Part shown: piece by piece, positions 9,248-19,157 of the stretch | How positions within the stretch are numbered: the stretch's first letter is position 1 | How the letters are laid out: every line of letters starts with the position of its first letter | Assembly: GCA_965238075.1 (NCBI GenBank) | Contig: OZ250173.1 | Coordinates: forward strand, 1,056,001 to 1,120,000 | Reading direction: 5' to 3' | DNA from: Candidatus Entotheonellaceae bacterium | GTDB lineage: Bacteria > Tectomicrobia > Entotheonellia > Entotheonellales > Entotheonellaceae | Length of the DNA: 64,000 bases | The notes under the pieces: generated by a model | Seen by the model: only the letters and a program-made list of their open reading frames with translations | What the model was told of the DNA's origin: nothing | The model's database searches: none | Program-made: the position numbers and the translations under genes

Positions 9248-10504
9248 ATGGCAACAGGAACACCGGTGACACGGACAACATCCCAGAGCCGCTGGCAGTG
9301 GGCGGTGATTGCCGTGCTGGCCGCCGGCTTGATCTACGTCGGCTGGCAGCTTCAGGGCGGAGCGGTGCGCGTCCGGGACGCCGGGGATCGTCTGATTGGG
9401 ATGCAGGACCAGTTGCGCGCGGCCATCTCGGAGCAGCAGGAGGTCACGCAACGCCTGGCGCAACTCGTGCAGCGGGTCGACGGCGCGGTGCAGGGTGTCG
9501 AGGAGACGCAATCCACCCTGGACACGCTGCAGCAGGGCACGAATGAGCGCCTCACGGCGTTGCAAAGCCGGTTGGAACCCGCCATCGCCGCTCAGCAGGC
9601 CGCCGGTCGGCGGTTGGCGCAGATTGAAGATCAAGTGTTTATGGCCATGACCCGGCAGCAGGCGGCCGCTCAACGCCTGACCGAGCTCGCCAGGCAGGTC
9701 GAATCCGTTACGCAGGAACTGCGCGAGGCGCGCGCTGATCTGGATGCGGCGCGCGAGGACATCGCGGCTCTCGCGGCGGCCCCGCCTGCTGCCGCGGCCG
9801 CCGCTGCCGAGCCGTCGAAGACCTGGACGAACACCCTGGACATGGCGTTCGTGCTGATCCCGGCCGGCTCGTTTGAGATGGGGTCGGAACGTGGCGATGC
9901 CGACGAGCAGCCGGTGCGCTCGATGGCCCTCGACAAGCCGTTTTATATCGGGCAGTTCGAGGTGACGCAGGCACAGTGGCACGCGGTGATGGAGAACGAC
10001 CCCAGCCAGTTTACCGGCGACCCCAGCCGGCCGGTCGAGAGCATCTCCTGGAACGACGCGCGGGAATTTGCCAGCAAGCTGAACGCCATGGAGCCCGGCG
10101 CCACGTATCGCCTGCCCACCGAGGCCGAGTGGGAATACGCGGCGCGCGCCGGCTCCGCTGCGGCCTACGCCTTCGGCGACGACGCGGCCCAGCTCGACGC
10201 CTACGGCTGGTACGCCGATAACGCCGGCAACACCACCCACCCGGTGGGCCGGAAGCAGCCGAACGCCTGGGGCGTGTACGCCATGCACGGCGGCGTCTGG
10301 GAGTGGGTGCAGGAGCGCTACGGCGCCTACCCGTCGGAAGCCGCCACCGAGTCCGTCGGCCCGCCTCCCGGCAACCGGCGCGTCATACGCGGCGGCAGTT
10401 GGCTCGCTTCCGCCGAGGATTGCCGCGCCGCCTCCCGCAGCCACGCCCACCCCGCCTTTCGCGGCGCCAACGTCGGCTTCCGTCTCGTTCGCACGGTCCC
10501 GTAA
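9248..10504 (+). CDS. Membrane-anchored coiled-coil protein with C-terminal FGE-sulfatase (SUMF1-like) domain
   Basis: N-terminal TM, heptad region, EVTQAQW, RLPTEAEWEYAARAG, PNAWG, RGGSW, GFRLVR. Confidence 0.85.
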   Translation: MATGTPVTRTTSQSRWQWAVIAVLAAGLIYVGWQLQGGAVRVRDAGDRLIGMQDQLRAAISEQQEVTQRLAQLVQRVDGAVQGVEETQSTLDTLQQGTNERLTALQSRLEPAIAAQQAAGRRLAQIEDQVFMAMTRQQAAAQRLTELARQVESVTQELREARADLDAAREDIAALAAAPPAAAAAAAEPSKTWTNTLDMAFVLIPAGSFEMGSERGDADEQPVRSMALDKPFYIGQFEVTQAQWHAVMENDPSQFTGDPSRPVESISWNDAREFASKLNAMEPGATYRLPTEAEWEYAARAGSAAAYAFGDDAAQLDAYGWYADNAGNTTHPVGRKQPNAWGVYAMHGGVWEWVQERYGAYPSEAATESVGPPPGNRRVIRGGSWLASAEDCRAASRSHAHPAFRGANVGFRLVRTVP

Positions 10505-10579
10505 CCTGGTTCTGCAGACTTGTCCATTGCTGCCCCTATCGTCGTTACCCTGAAAGTAACCCGTTCAAAGTCCCGAATC

Positions 10580-10604
10580 GTCATTCCCGCGAAAGCGGGA
10601 ATCC
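10580..10604. repeat. Short palindromic REP-like element GTCATTCCCGCGAAAGCGGGAATCC, with a degenerate GTAG-type REP at ~10745-10774
   Basis: ATTCCCGC-GAAA-GCGGGAAT hairpin between convergent genes. Confidence 0.6.
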
Positions 10605-10792
10605 GGCGACCCGGATCCAATCCGGAGCAGGCTCTTCGGCCGCCGGAAAAACCCTGGACCTCGGCTTCGGCTACTCATCCGGAACGATCCGCATTGCGAC
10701 TGATTCAGATATTCCTTATCACTTCGTCATGCAGGTTGGCTGCATGGGTTTACGCTGCGCGAAGCCGACCTTACGCACTTCCTGCCCGCCAA

Positions 10793-12163
10793 TCAGAGCG
10801 CGGCAGGGTGTGTGAGGGCGACCAGCGCGTTGGAATTGTCCACTTCGTCCAGGTGATCGACGAGGTGGATGAGCCGGTTGGCCGCCTTGTCGGCAAGGGG
10901 TTGGGCACCACAGGACCAGCAGCGGCGGAATTTGGCTAGGTGCTGCTCGCGGCTGAGGGGACGTTCGGGGCTGCCGAGGGTGTGGGGAATATCGACGCGC
11001 AGGGTGCGGCCGTCCTTGAGATGAGCGGTCACGGCTTGCGGCGCCAGGGCGTTGGGGTCGGGATTGCCGTCGGCCACCAACTCGATGCGCCGGGCGAGGC
11101 CGTGCAATTGGGAGTCGGCGAGGCGTTCGGGACTGAAGTCAGCGACATCCACACCGCCGTGCAGCAGGGCAAGGGCGCCGGCGTATTGGAAACACAGGCG
11201 GGCGTAAGTCACGTCCATATCAGGCTGCACGGGCCGCCCCACCAGTTGGTGGATCAACGGCGGCGCCGCCAAGGTCAGCCGGGCGACATCATCGGCCCGC
11301 AAGCCGTGCGCAGCCCGCAATTGCAGAATGCCGTCCAGCCCGCCGTGCGCCGCGCGCCCGGTGGGGAACGGCTTGTGGCTGACCTGGGTGATGCGCCATA
11401 CCGTTCCCAATTCCGCCCACACCGGTTCCAGGTCCCATTCGCCCTCGTACAGACGGAAATAACCGAACGGACCCTCCAGAACGTCGTGCGGCCCGGGCAG
11501 GCCGGCTCGGGCAAGATCAACGGCCCGGACGGCAGCGCCGGCGGCAAAGCCCATCTGCAGGGCGAGCGCCGGACCGCCTTCGACGTGCGATTGCATGGTG
11601 CCGGCGTTTTGCGCGTAGGCCAGGCCGAGCGCGTCCTTGAGCCTTACGGCATCCAGACCGGCCAGCTTGCCCACCGCCGCAGTCGCGCCGAACACGCCGG
11701 CAGTTGCCGGGCGAAAGAAGCGCAGGCCTGTTGTTGCCGCCATGCCGATGGACGTGGCCACGTCGACGCCAAGCGCCAGCGCCAGGATCAACTCCCGCCC
11801 TGTCACACCGCCTGCCCGTTCGGCATAGGCCAGCGCGGCGGATTGGATCGTCGTCAGCGGATGCACCACCGCCGCCTCGTGCACGCAATCAAATTCCTGA
11901 TTGTGGGCATGAAAGGCGTTGACCATCGCCGCCGCACTTGCCGGCAGCTTGTTGCCCAATCCGAGCACCGCGGCTTCGTCACCGCTGCCCCATGCACCCA
12001 CCGCCGCACGCATCTCAGCCGCGTACCGCGCCCTGGTGCCGGCAACGCTTACCCCGATGGTGTCCAGACAAAAGGTCTTCACGGCCGCCACCGCCGGTTC
12101 CGTAAGGTCTGGGAACCGGGCCGCGGTCACGTGTTGAACGAGACGATCAACGGCTTGTGTCAT
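10793..12163 (-). CDS. MmgE/PrpD family protein
   Basis: LDTIGV..AG, HNQEFDCVH...VHP, EGPFG, HKPFPT motifs. Confidence 0.85.
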   Translation of the reverse strand: MTQAVDRLVQHVTAARFPDLTEPAVAAVKTFCLDTIGVSVAGTRARYAAEMRAAVGAWGSGDEAAVLGLGNKLPASAAAMVNAFHAHNQEFDCVHEAAVVHPLTTIQSAALAYAERAGGVTGRELILALALGVDVATSIGMAATTGLRFFRPATAGVFGATAAVGKLAGLDAVRLKDALGLAYAQNAGTMQSHVEGGPALALQMGFAAGAAVRAVDLARAGLPGPHDVLEGPFGYFRLYEGEWDLEPVWAELGTVWRITQVSHKPFPTGRAAHGGLDGILQLRAAHGLRADDVARLTLAAPPLIHQLVGRPVQPDMDVTYARLCFQYAGALALLHGGVDVADFSPERLADSQLHGLARRIELVADGNPDPNALAPQAVTAHLKDGRTLRVDIPHTLGSPERPLSREQHLAKFRRCWSCGAQPLADKAANRLIHLVDHLDEVDNSNALVALTHPAAL

Positions 12164-12469
12164 GATGATTTCCCTCTTCGACTCTGCAAGTAGTACGCTC
12201 AACGACGCGCTCCCCGGAGGCTTTGAACGGAGCCCGGAATCGGTAGCACGGCGACGATATGCTATCATGCCGCCCCGGATTTTCCCTGATCCGGTTGCAT
12301 GCCTGCTGAACCCTATCCCATTCAGCTCGTGGCAGAAGCTTATCACCGCCTTCCCCGCACCGGCGTCGATCGGCGCCTTCCGGAAGGCCGTCCCCAACCC
12401 GCAGCGCCTGGTTACAGCAGCAGCCGTCATCAACCTGTTCCTGCGAACCGCCGTCTTCTGGTTTGGGTC

Positions 12470-12694
12470 ATGGTACTTTCAGATAAATTGCTTCTCAGAA
12501 AGCGGGCCATCATTGGATCGGTCAATGAGCAACTCAAGAACATCTCGCAGATCGAGCACACGCGTCATCGAAGTGCGGCGAACTTCCTGGTAAACGTATT
12601 GTCCGGCTTGGTTGCTTACTGCCTTCAACCTCGAAAACCATCTCTTGTGATTCAAAACCTACAAGACACTTCGACCCTTATCCATAACTGACGT
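12470..12694 (+). mobile_element. IS982-family transposase C-terminal remnant with right end
   Basis: [53 protein letters not shown]; ends CTTATCCATAACTGACGTT. Confidence 0.7.
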
Positions 12695-12743
12695 TATTAT
12701 GGACGCAGATCGCTTAACGTTTGTCTTGTCTTCGAGGGGGGTT

Positions 12744-13238
12744 ATGGGCGCTGCCTTGACGACGTATTATTTGGAAATGACCGATGCCATACAGTTGCAG
12801 CCGTCGCGTCGGGTGGTGGAGGACTTGGCGGTTGAGCGGTCGCAGAAGCCGTACGGCGCCTTAAATCGCTTCTTCTACCACACGGTCGGAGCAGCCTGGC
12901 GCTGGACGGACCGTTTGCCTTGGTCGGACGAGGAGTGGCAAGCCTATGCCGAGGGGCCGGGGTTGCAGACGTGGATTGGCTACGTGCAAGGAACTCCGGC
13001 GGGGTACTTTGAATTGGCGCGACAGGAGGGGAACCAGGTGGAGGTGGCGATGTTCGGTTTGTTGCCGCCTTTTGTCGGAAGTGGCGTGGGTGGAGCCCTG
13101 TTGACCGCGGCGCTACGACGGGCTTGGGAAGAGGGGACGCAACGGGTGTGGTTGCACACCTGTTCGTGGGATCATCCGCACGCTTTGGCCAATTACCAAG
13201 CGCGGGGGTTGCAGGTTTACAACACCGAGACAGGGTAA
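12744..13238 (+). CDS. GNAT family N-acetyltransferase
   Basis: FGLLPPFVGSGVGGALL...VWLHTCSWDHPHALANYQARG. Confidence 0.85.
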   Translation: MGAALTTYYLEMTDAIQLQPSRRVVEDLAVERSQKPYGALNRFFYHTVGAAWRWTDRLPWSDEEWQAYAEGPGLQTWIGYVQGTPAGYFELARQEGNQVEVAMFGLLPPFVGSGVGGALLTAALRRAWEEGTQRVWLHTCSWDHPHALANYQARGLQVYNTETG

Positions 13239-13298
13239 GAGGACGATCTTGCTTCAATTGGGTGGGATCATACCAATGGGGGATAGGGGAGGAACGCC

Positions 13299-14048
13299 AT
13301 GCGTCTAGCGGGTAAGGTGGCCCTGGTGACGGGCGCCCAGCAGGGGATTGGCACGGCCATCGCCCTGGCCTATGGCCGTGAGGGTGCGGATGTGGTGGTG
13401 AACTATCTCGACGACCAGGCGGCTGCCGAAGACATTGCGGCGCGCATTCGTCAATACGGCCCACGCGCCGTTACGGTGTCGGGAAGTGTGGCGCAGGCCG
13501 ACGATATCCGCGCCATGGTGGCAGCGGGTGAGGACCTTGGCGGTGTCAACGTTTTGGTGAACAATGCGGGTATCTTCCCTCGGGTGGCCTTTTTCGACAC
13601 GACCGAAGCGCAGTGGGACGACGTGCTCGGCGTCAATCTGAAAGGGACCTTTCTCTGTACGCAAGCGGTTACGCGCCAGATCGCTGCGCGCGGGCAGAGC
13701 GGCGCCGTCATCAATCTGGCTTCCGCCGCCGCCTTTCGGAGTTCTCCACGTGGCGTGCACTACGTCTCCAGCAAAGCCGGCATCGTCGGCTTGACGCGTG
13801 CCACCGCCCTCGAGTTGGCGCCGTATCGCATCCGGGTCAACGCCATTGCTCCCGGCACCACGGATACGGCCCAACCGCGCTATGGCATGTCCGAAGCGGA
13901 ACTTCAAGCGGTCGGACGAGAAGTACCACTTGGACGTCTGGCCATGCCGCAAGACGTCGCAGATCTGGCAGTGTTTTTAGCCTCTGATGAATCCCGCCAT
14001 ATGACTGGGCAAACGCTCCACGTCAACGGTGGTCAATACCTCTATTAG
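13299..14048 (+). CDS. SDR family oxidoreductase
   Basis: TGAQQGIG, NNAG, YVSSK, IRVNAIAPG. Confidence 0.9.
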   Translation: MRLAGKVALVTGAQQGIGTAIALAYGREGADVVVNYLDDQAAAEDIAARIRQYGPRAVTVSGSVAQADDIRAMVAAGEDLGGVNVLVNNAGIFPRVAFFDTTEAQWDDVLGVNLKGTFLCTQAVTRQIAARGQSGAVINLASAAAFRSSPRGVHYVSSKAGIVGLTRATALELAPYRIRVNAIAPGTTDTAQPRYGMSEAELQAVGREVPLGRLAMPQDVADLAVFLASDESRHMTGQTLHVNGGQYLY

Positions 14049-14513
14049 CACGCTGTCGGGTTTGATACCAGAAGACCTTCGTCCCAACCGTGTGGAAGTG
14101 TGGTCCATATTAAGGAGGTCGCTCGGTCCAACCAGGGATGGATTAACCGGTTCACCGGGATCTAAGGCGATCGGCTATGGCCTCGCAGGTTGGCTTTGGC
14201 ATCGGTCTGAAGTTGACAGAATCGGGCGGCACCGCTTGAACCAGATGGTCGAACGCCAAGCGCTCGCCGTTCCCGAACGACTCCGAAATTTCGACCGCGA
14301 CGGCCCGGGATTCCCAAAAGACCGCCAACCTCCTGTTGTAGTGATAAAGACTGATCAGGACCTGCACCATGAAAACATGACGACCACAGTCACCACCCGA
14401 TAGATTATCTTATCGGTCAGCAGGCGCCAGATATTCCTATCCCCGGTGCCCTCACCGGCGCCTGGCGCGAACGTTGGGTCGGGGGCGGATAACACACCAT
14501 GGAAACGGTACCC

Positions 14514-15515
14514 ATGAAATTCGGCATCATTGAGTTGCCTCGCAGCGTGGCTGGCGCGGTAGCAAACGCGCGGCTGGCGGAGGCGGCAGGGTTCGATCTG
14601 GTGGGGGTGGCGGATTCGCAGTCGGTGTTCCGGGAAGTGTACGTGACCGCGGCGATGATTCTGAGCCAGACGTCGCGGGTGCGGGTGGGGCCGACGGTGA
14701 CAAACCCGATTACCCGTCACCCGGCAGTGGCGGCAAGCGCGATTGCGACTTTGAACGAAATCGGCGACGGGCGCTGCCTGTACGGTATGGGATCGGGGGA
14801 CAGCGCCATCCTGAACCTGGGCGAAAAACCGTTCAACCTGGCGGGGATGCGGGCGGCCATCGAGGCCATGCGGAGCCTGCTGCGCGGCGACCACGCGGAG
14901 TGGCAGGGTCGGGACATTCACACCCAGTGGGTGCCGCGCCCGGTGCCGGTGTACATTGCGGCGGAGGGGCCGAAAACGCTGGAGCTGGCGGGCGAGGTGG
15001 CGGACGGCGTGATTTGCGGGCTGGGTCTGGAACCGGAGATCGTGACGCTGTGCCTGGAGCATCTGCGGCGCGGCGCCGAGCGGGCCGGACGCAGCCTGCA
15101 GGACCTCGACATCTGGGCCATGGCGCGCGTCAACGTCGGCCAGGACCGCGACGCCCTGATCCGCGACATCCGCATGGAGCTGGCCTCAACCGCGCACCAC
15201 GCGTTTCGCTTTACGCTGGCGGGAAAGCAGGTGCCGCCGGCATTTCACGACGCCATCCGGCGCGTGCAGCAAGGCTACCAGCCGCACCAGCACGAGGCGC
15301 ACGGGGAATCGCCGAACGCCCAATTGATCGCCGACCCGGAGTTTCTGGAATACATGGTGCAGCGCTTCGCCATTCTGGGAACCCCGCAGGAATGCGCCGC
15401 GCAGATTCGGCGGGTCGGCGAGGCGGGGATACCGAACATCCTGTTCACCGGCTTTGTGGAAGCCCGCCAAGCCCTCATCCGCACCCTCGGCGACTCGGTG
15501 TTTCCGCTGGTGTAG
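14514..15515 (+). CDS. LLM class flavin/F420-dependent oxidoreductase (Mer-like)
   Basis: AEAAGFD, GPTVTNPITRHPAV.AS, AAEGPKTLELAGEVADG. Confidence 0.85.
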   Translation: MKFGIIELPRSVAGAVANARLAEAAGFDLVGVADSQSVFREVYVTAAMILSQTSRVRVGPTVTNPITRHPAVAASAIATLNEIGDGRCLYGMGSGDSAILNLGEKPFNLAGMRAAIEAMRSLLRGDHAEWQGRDIHTQWVPRPVPVYIAAEGPKTLELAGEVADGVICGLGLEPEIVTLCLEHLRRGAERAGRSLQDLDIWAMARVNVGQDRDALIRDIRMELASTAHHAFRFTLAGKQVPPAFHDAIRRVQQGYQPHQHEAHGESPNAQLIADPEFLEYMVQRFAILGTPQECAAQIRRVGEAGIPNILFTGFVEARQALIRTLGDSVFPLV

Positions 15516-15708
15516 TCCTTACTATGAAAATAGCCTGCGCAACGCCCCGACCGTCGTAGCCCATGGTCCCGTGCAGGCGGGCATCCACAGGGTAGGCACC
15601 AGACCCAACTAGGGGAAACATGTAACCCCCCAACCCCCCTTGTCAGGGGGCGGCAGTCGCTCCGGAAGCCCTTTTCATCATTGGTAGACCCCGGACAACG
15701 CCTCGGTA

Positions 15709-16596
15709 CTACGGCCCGCTGCGCTCCTCGGTAAACAAGGCCACCATTCCGCACCGGTCCACCGCGGCCTGCATCTCCTCCTCGGACGGCCGGCGTTCAA
15801 AGCGCCCGGCTGCCTCCAACACCCGCGGCAAGAGACGAACGTCGCCCGTGGTGTTGAGGAACACGTCAGGGCAGCCGAGCACCCAATGCACCGCGGCGTC
15901 GATGTCCGGCTGTTCTTCCAGCGGCTCGTACCAGGTGCTGCGCGTCGGCGTCCCCTCCCAAGGCCCAACGGCCAGGGACTTGATCGTCTGCACCGCAACG
16001 CCCCTATCCGCGCACACCTTCAACAGCGCCGCCACGTCGGCGGCGTACTGCGGGGTCTGCATCATGGTGACGTTGTACGGCAGCAACACCGAATCGAAGG
16101 CAAAGCGTTCCAGGCTGCGCAGGTGCATGGAGGGAATCGGCAAGCCATGGCCGGTGACGCCGATGAAGCGGATCAGACCCTGCGCCTTCGCCTCGACGGC
16201 CGCGGCGAGCGCGCCGTCCGGTCCCATGGCGATTTCCCATTCCTGCGCGTCGACAAGATTGTGAAACTGCCACAGGTCCACGGCATCCACCTGCAGCCTG
16301 TCCAGAGAACGCCGCAGGTCGTCCCACGCCGCCTGGTAGCCGCGCTCTCTCGTCTTGGTGGCCAGAAAGAAATCCTGCCGGTGCCGCGCCATCCACTTGC
16401 CGATGCGCAGCTCGGAGTCGCCGTAGCGAGCGGCGGTGTCGATGTGGTTGACACCGTGCTCCAGCAGCACCTCCAACGCGCGGTCGGCCGCGTCCTGGTT
16501 GACGCGGCTGAAAGCGGCGGCGCCGAAGATCACGCGGCTGCTGAGGTGTCCGGTATGGCCGAATAGTTGGCGGCTGATCATGCGGTATGTCCTCAT
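15709..16596 (-). CDS. Aldo/keto reductase
   Basis: [41 protein letters not shown]. Confidence 0.9.
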   Translation of the reverse strand: MRTYRMISRQLFGHTGHLSSRVIFGAAAFSRVNQDAADRALEVLLEHGVNHIDTAARYGDSELRIGKWMARHRQDFFLATKTRERGYQAAWDDLRRSLDRLQVDAVDLWQFHNLVDAQEWEIAMGPDGALAAAVEAKAQGLIRFIGVTGHGLPIPSMHLRSLERFAFDSVLLPYNVTMMQTPQYAADVAALLKVCADRGVAVQTIKSLAVGPWEGTPTRSTWYEPLEEQPDIDAAVHWVLGCPDVFLNTTGDVRLLPRVLEAAGRFERRPSEEEMQAAVDRCGMVALFTEERSGP

Positions 16597-16723
16597 TTAA
16601 GGTGAATTCAGGGTGGTCTCAGAGACTTATCGAAAGCGGGACCAAGGTTGAATCGTGGTCATATCCGAGAGGCGGGCCGATGGCTCCATGACAGAGTGGT
16701 TATCCATAGACCAATTCTTGAGT

Positions 16724-17104
16724 TCAGGCTGCCTTCGTGCGGACACCGTAGAGCGGAATGCGGGCGTCTCTGATGACAAGGACGAGCCCTTCGCCTGTGC
16801 TTGGGCGATCAGGAACCGATCGAACGGGTCCCGGTGGTAGGCCGGAAGATTTCCTGCCTGTTCCGCGTGATGAAAGGTCAGTGGCAGATACGTGAACCCC
16901 TTTTCTTCAACGATGGCTGACAAATTTTCTGGCGCGGTTATCCGCCCCCTCGCCCGATTAACCACAATTTCCCATCCCGTGATGGCGCTGACGAAAACAT
17001 CGTTGCGCGGGTCGGCGATAGCGGCGCGCGCGCCCGCAGCCAACTTCGAAACGTCGGATAGCCACCATACGAATGCGTGGGGTATCCAGCAGCAGGCGAG
17101 GCAT
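16724..17104 (-). pseudogene. vapC: VapC PIN-domain toxin with two frameshifts
   Basis: Reconstructs as MPRLLLDTHAFVWWLSD...VSAITGWEI...HRDPFDRFLIAQA..LVLV.RDARIPLYGV; +1 in GGGG at 17079-17082 and -1 near 16787. Confidence 0.8.
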
Positions 17105-17106
17105 GG

Positions 17107-17358
17107 TCAATCCTCATCCGGGAAAATCTTCGACTTCTCAATCGCCTCGATCAGTTCTTCGTCTTCCTCTTCGAAGTCGGGAGACACCCAGAACTGCCCT
17201 TCCAGCCCGCCCGGTGTCCGTTCTTGCCTATCCCTGCGATACGGCTCCAAACGCAGATAAGGCTCGCCGGCCTTGGCGATCACGATTCCCTCGCCCTCCC
17301 AGGCCAGTTTGCCCAGCCTCGAGAGTTGGGATTTCGCCTCGTGCATATTGACCTGCAT
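17107..17358 (-). CDS. Phd/YefM family antitoxin
   Basis: MQVNMHEAKSQLSRL...GEGIVIAKAGEP. Confidence 0.85.
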   Translation of the reverse strand: MQVNMHEAKSQLSRLGKLAWEGEGIVIAKAGEPYLRLEPYRRDRQERTPGGLEGQFWVSPDFEEEDEELIEAIEKSKIFPDED

Positions 17359-17486
17359 CGAATCCTCCAAGCAGCCAAATTTACCCACACTACTCGGGCA
17401 CCAAGACGTTCGCAGTTACGAAGTACACTGAGAATGGACAAACAAGCTCTCCGCAGTCTTTTGCAGCAAAGCCCCTATACACTCCG

Positions 17487-17897
17487 CTAAGAAAGATTGG
17501 GATGAGCGACAACATTAAACGGAAAGCGAGGACTCTCCTCGCCATTGAGCCGTGCTACCACCTCGTACGTACCGGGATGCTTAAGTGGTAGTCCTAAGTT
17601 CACCGCGATCTGCGTCCGTTGATCCTGTCCCGGTGGAATTCCAGGTGGTCTGCCGACTTCAAATTGGCCAGCCAGTTTGGCAATTCCAGTACCATCGGCA
17701 TCAACGACTTCAATCTCAAAGTCATGTTTTTGGTTGGTCTCATTCCACGAAACTCGAAACGCTGTTGCAACAGCCATCTGGTGTGTGACGGGAAATGTTC
17801 TTGCAATTACAAGCCGGTCCCAGCCACCCCCGAGGAGATAAAGTTTGTTCGATGTCACTTGCGCAGCATCTGCCAGAATCAGCCATTCTACCTCCAT
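17487..17897 (-). CDS. Uncharacterised beta-rich protein (resembles DUF6941), third gene of TA operon
   Basis: ILADAAQ...KLYLLGGGWD...PGTYEV; overlaps the upstream HTH gene by 10 nt. Confidence 0.7.
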   Translation of the reverse strand: MEVEWLILADAAQVTSNKLYLLGGGWDRLVIARTFPVTHQMAVATAFRVSWNETNQKHDFEIEVVDADGTGIAKLAGQFEVGRPPGIPPGQDQRTQIAVNLGLPLKHPGTYEVVARLNGEESPRFPFNVVAHPNLS

Positions 17898-18340
17898 GCT
17901 GTTTCCCCATCTTCCACGACTTCCTCTGACGCCGGCCTCTCGACCAATGAACTTGAAAAGATAGTCCGTAAGTTGTCAGAGTGGGTCACGTCAAAGTCCG
18001 AAAAATCCGAGGCGCTTTGATTCTTTATGAAAACCGATTCGAAGAGGCTAGGTGCCTCCATGGGGGTCAGACTGATGGAGGGTCTATACCACATGTATGC
18101 GAGCAATCGGCCGATGTTCCCGACAGTGGGATTTGCGTCGCCTCTCTCCAGCTTTGCGATGTACGCCTGAGATACGCCAACTTGCTCCGCCAGTGCAGCC
18201 TGAGTGATGCCAGCAGTTTCCCGGGCAAAGGCAAGCGCCGCTGCGACCTCTAACTTGGCGCCCTCAGACCCGAACTCTCCCCGATACTCGATGTCTTGTA
18301 GCCACAGAGTGTGACTATCCTGCTGGTAGTGGCGCTTCAT
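17888..18340 (-). CDS. Xre/HigA-type HTH antitoxin with ~60-aa C-terminal extension
   Basis: ARETAGITQAALAEQVGVSQAYIAKLERGDANPT. Confidence 0.85.
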   Translation of the reverse strand: MKRHYQQDSHTLWLQDIEYRGEFGSEGAKLEVAAALAFARETAGITQAALAEQVGVSQAYIAKLERGDANPTVGNIGRLLAYMWYRPSISLTPMEAPSLFESVFIKNQSASDFSDFDVTHSDNLRTIFSSSLVERPASEEVVEDGETAWR

Positions 18341-18530
18341 GAACCATCTCCTTATGTGTCAAGATGTTCAGCTCGTAGAGTTTCAGCTTTGGTCAGCTCT
18401 TTACGTGGGGTCTTGTTCGACTTTTTCTGGTAGTGGCGCTTCATGAACCATCTCCTTATGTGTCAAGATGTTCAGCTCGTAGAGTTTCAGCTTTGGTCAG
18501 CTCTTTACGTGGGGTCTTGTTCGACTTTTT
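18323..18530. repeat. Perfect 104-bp tandem duplication across the toxin/antitoxin junction
   Basis: 18323-18426 is identical to 18427-18530. Confidence 0.95.
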
Positions 18531-18800
18531 CCGGAAACCATTCAGCAGGACATATCGCCCGGCCTGGGCGTGCCAGAAATAAAAAATGCGATGATGACCT
18601 GGTCGGAGTTGCCACACGCCATTCATCTTTTCCGCCCACTGCATTGTAATGAGCCGTTGAGAGCCTGATTGCCCAAGACGTTCTACGAAAGCTCTAATCT
18701 TCGCAGCGTCACGTTTCCTCCCCGAGTAATAAACATCCCTCACATACTCTTCATATGGGCAAGATCCGTCAGGCCGCTTATGAGAGACTATTGCGTACAT
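18456..18800 (-). CDS. RelE/ParE superfamily (Gp49/HigB-like) toxin
   Basis: VWQLRPGHHRIFYF...YVLLNGFRKKSNKTPRKEL..A. Confidence 0.85.
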   Translation of the reverse strand: MYAIVSHKRPDGSCPYEEYVRDVYYSGRKRDAAKIRAFVERLGQSGSQRLITMQWAEKMNGVWQLRPGHHRIFYFWHAQAGRYVLLNGFRKKSNKTPRKELTKAETLRAEHLDT

Positions 18801-19157
18801 TGCCTAACTATAACCCTAGAAGTTATATGCATCAACAGATCGGATTTTTTGAAGATCTGGCGGTCAAGATCAGCGAATGATTCTTGCTGTCGTTGCGGCG
18901 GGTGTGTTGGGCCGCACCTGAGGCGAGGCCTCACCGTGCAGCGTGTGTTGCGCTGGGGGCTTCACGACAGTTCGGGATCTGCGCCTTCAGCCAGTTCCGG
19001 TAACTGGCTCAACTGCCGGTGAGTTGATCATGTTGCTCTACGTATAGGCGACAGCACAGTCGCCGGCCCCTAAAACAGGAGCAGAATGACGTCCAGAAAA
19101 GAAAAAATAGGGTCGTAACCCTTTCAACGATGCTGACTGCAAGCGACCCGTCCGGTT

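Noticed and set aside
7403-10450. Long antisense ORFs (e.g. 7403..8872, 8891..10450, and many similar elsewhere)
   Set aside because: Shadow frames of real genes in GC-rich DNA.
10260-10504. FGE/CLec domain as a diversity-generating retroelement target (YAMHGGVWEW deviates from YDMxGNVWEW at adenine positions)
   Set aside because: No template repeat or reverse transcriptase found in the window; could only be targeted in trans.
14049-14498. Possible gene remnant between SDR and LLM genes
   Set aside because: No recognisable motif in any frame.
18801-19157. ORF or ncRNA upstream of the toxin
   Set aside because: No convincing coding signal or structure.
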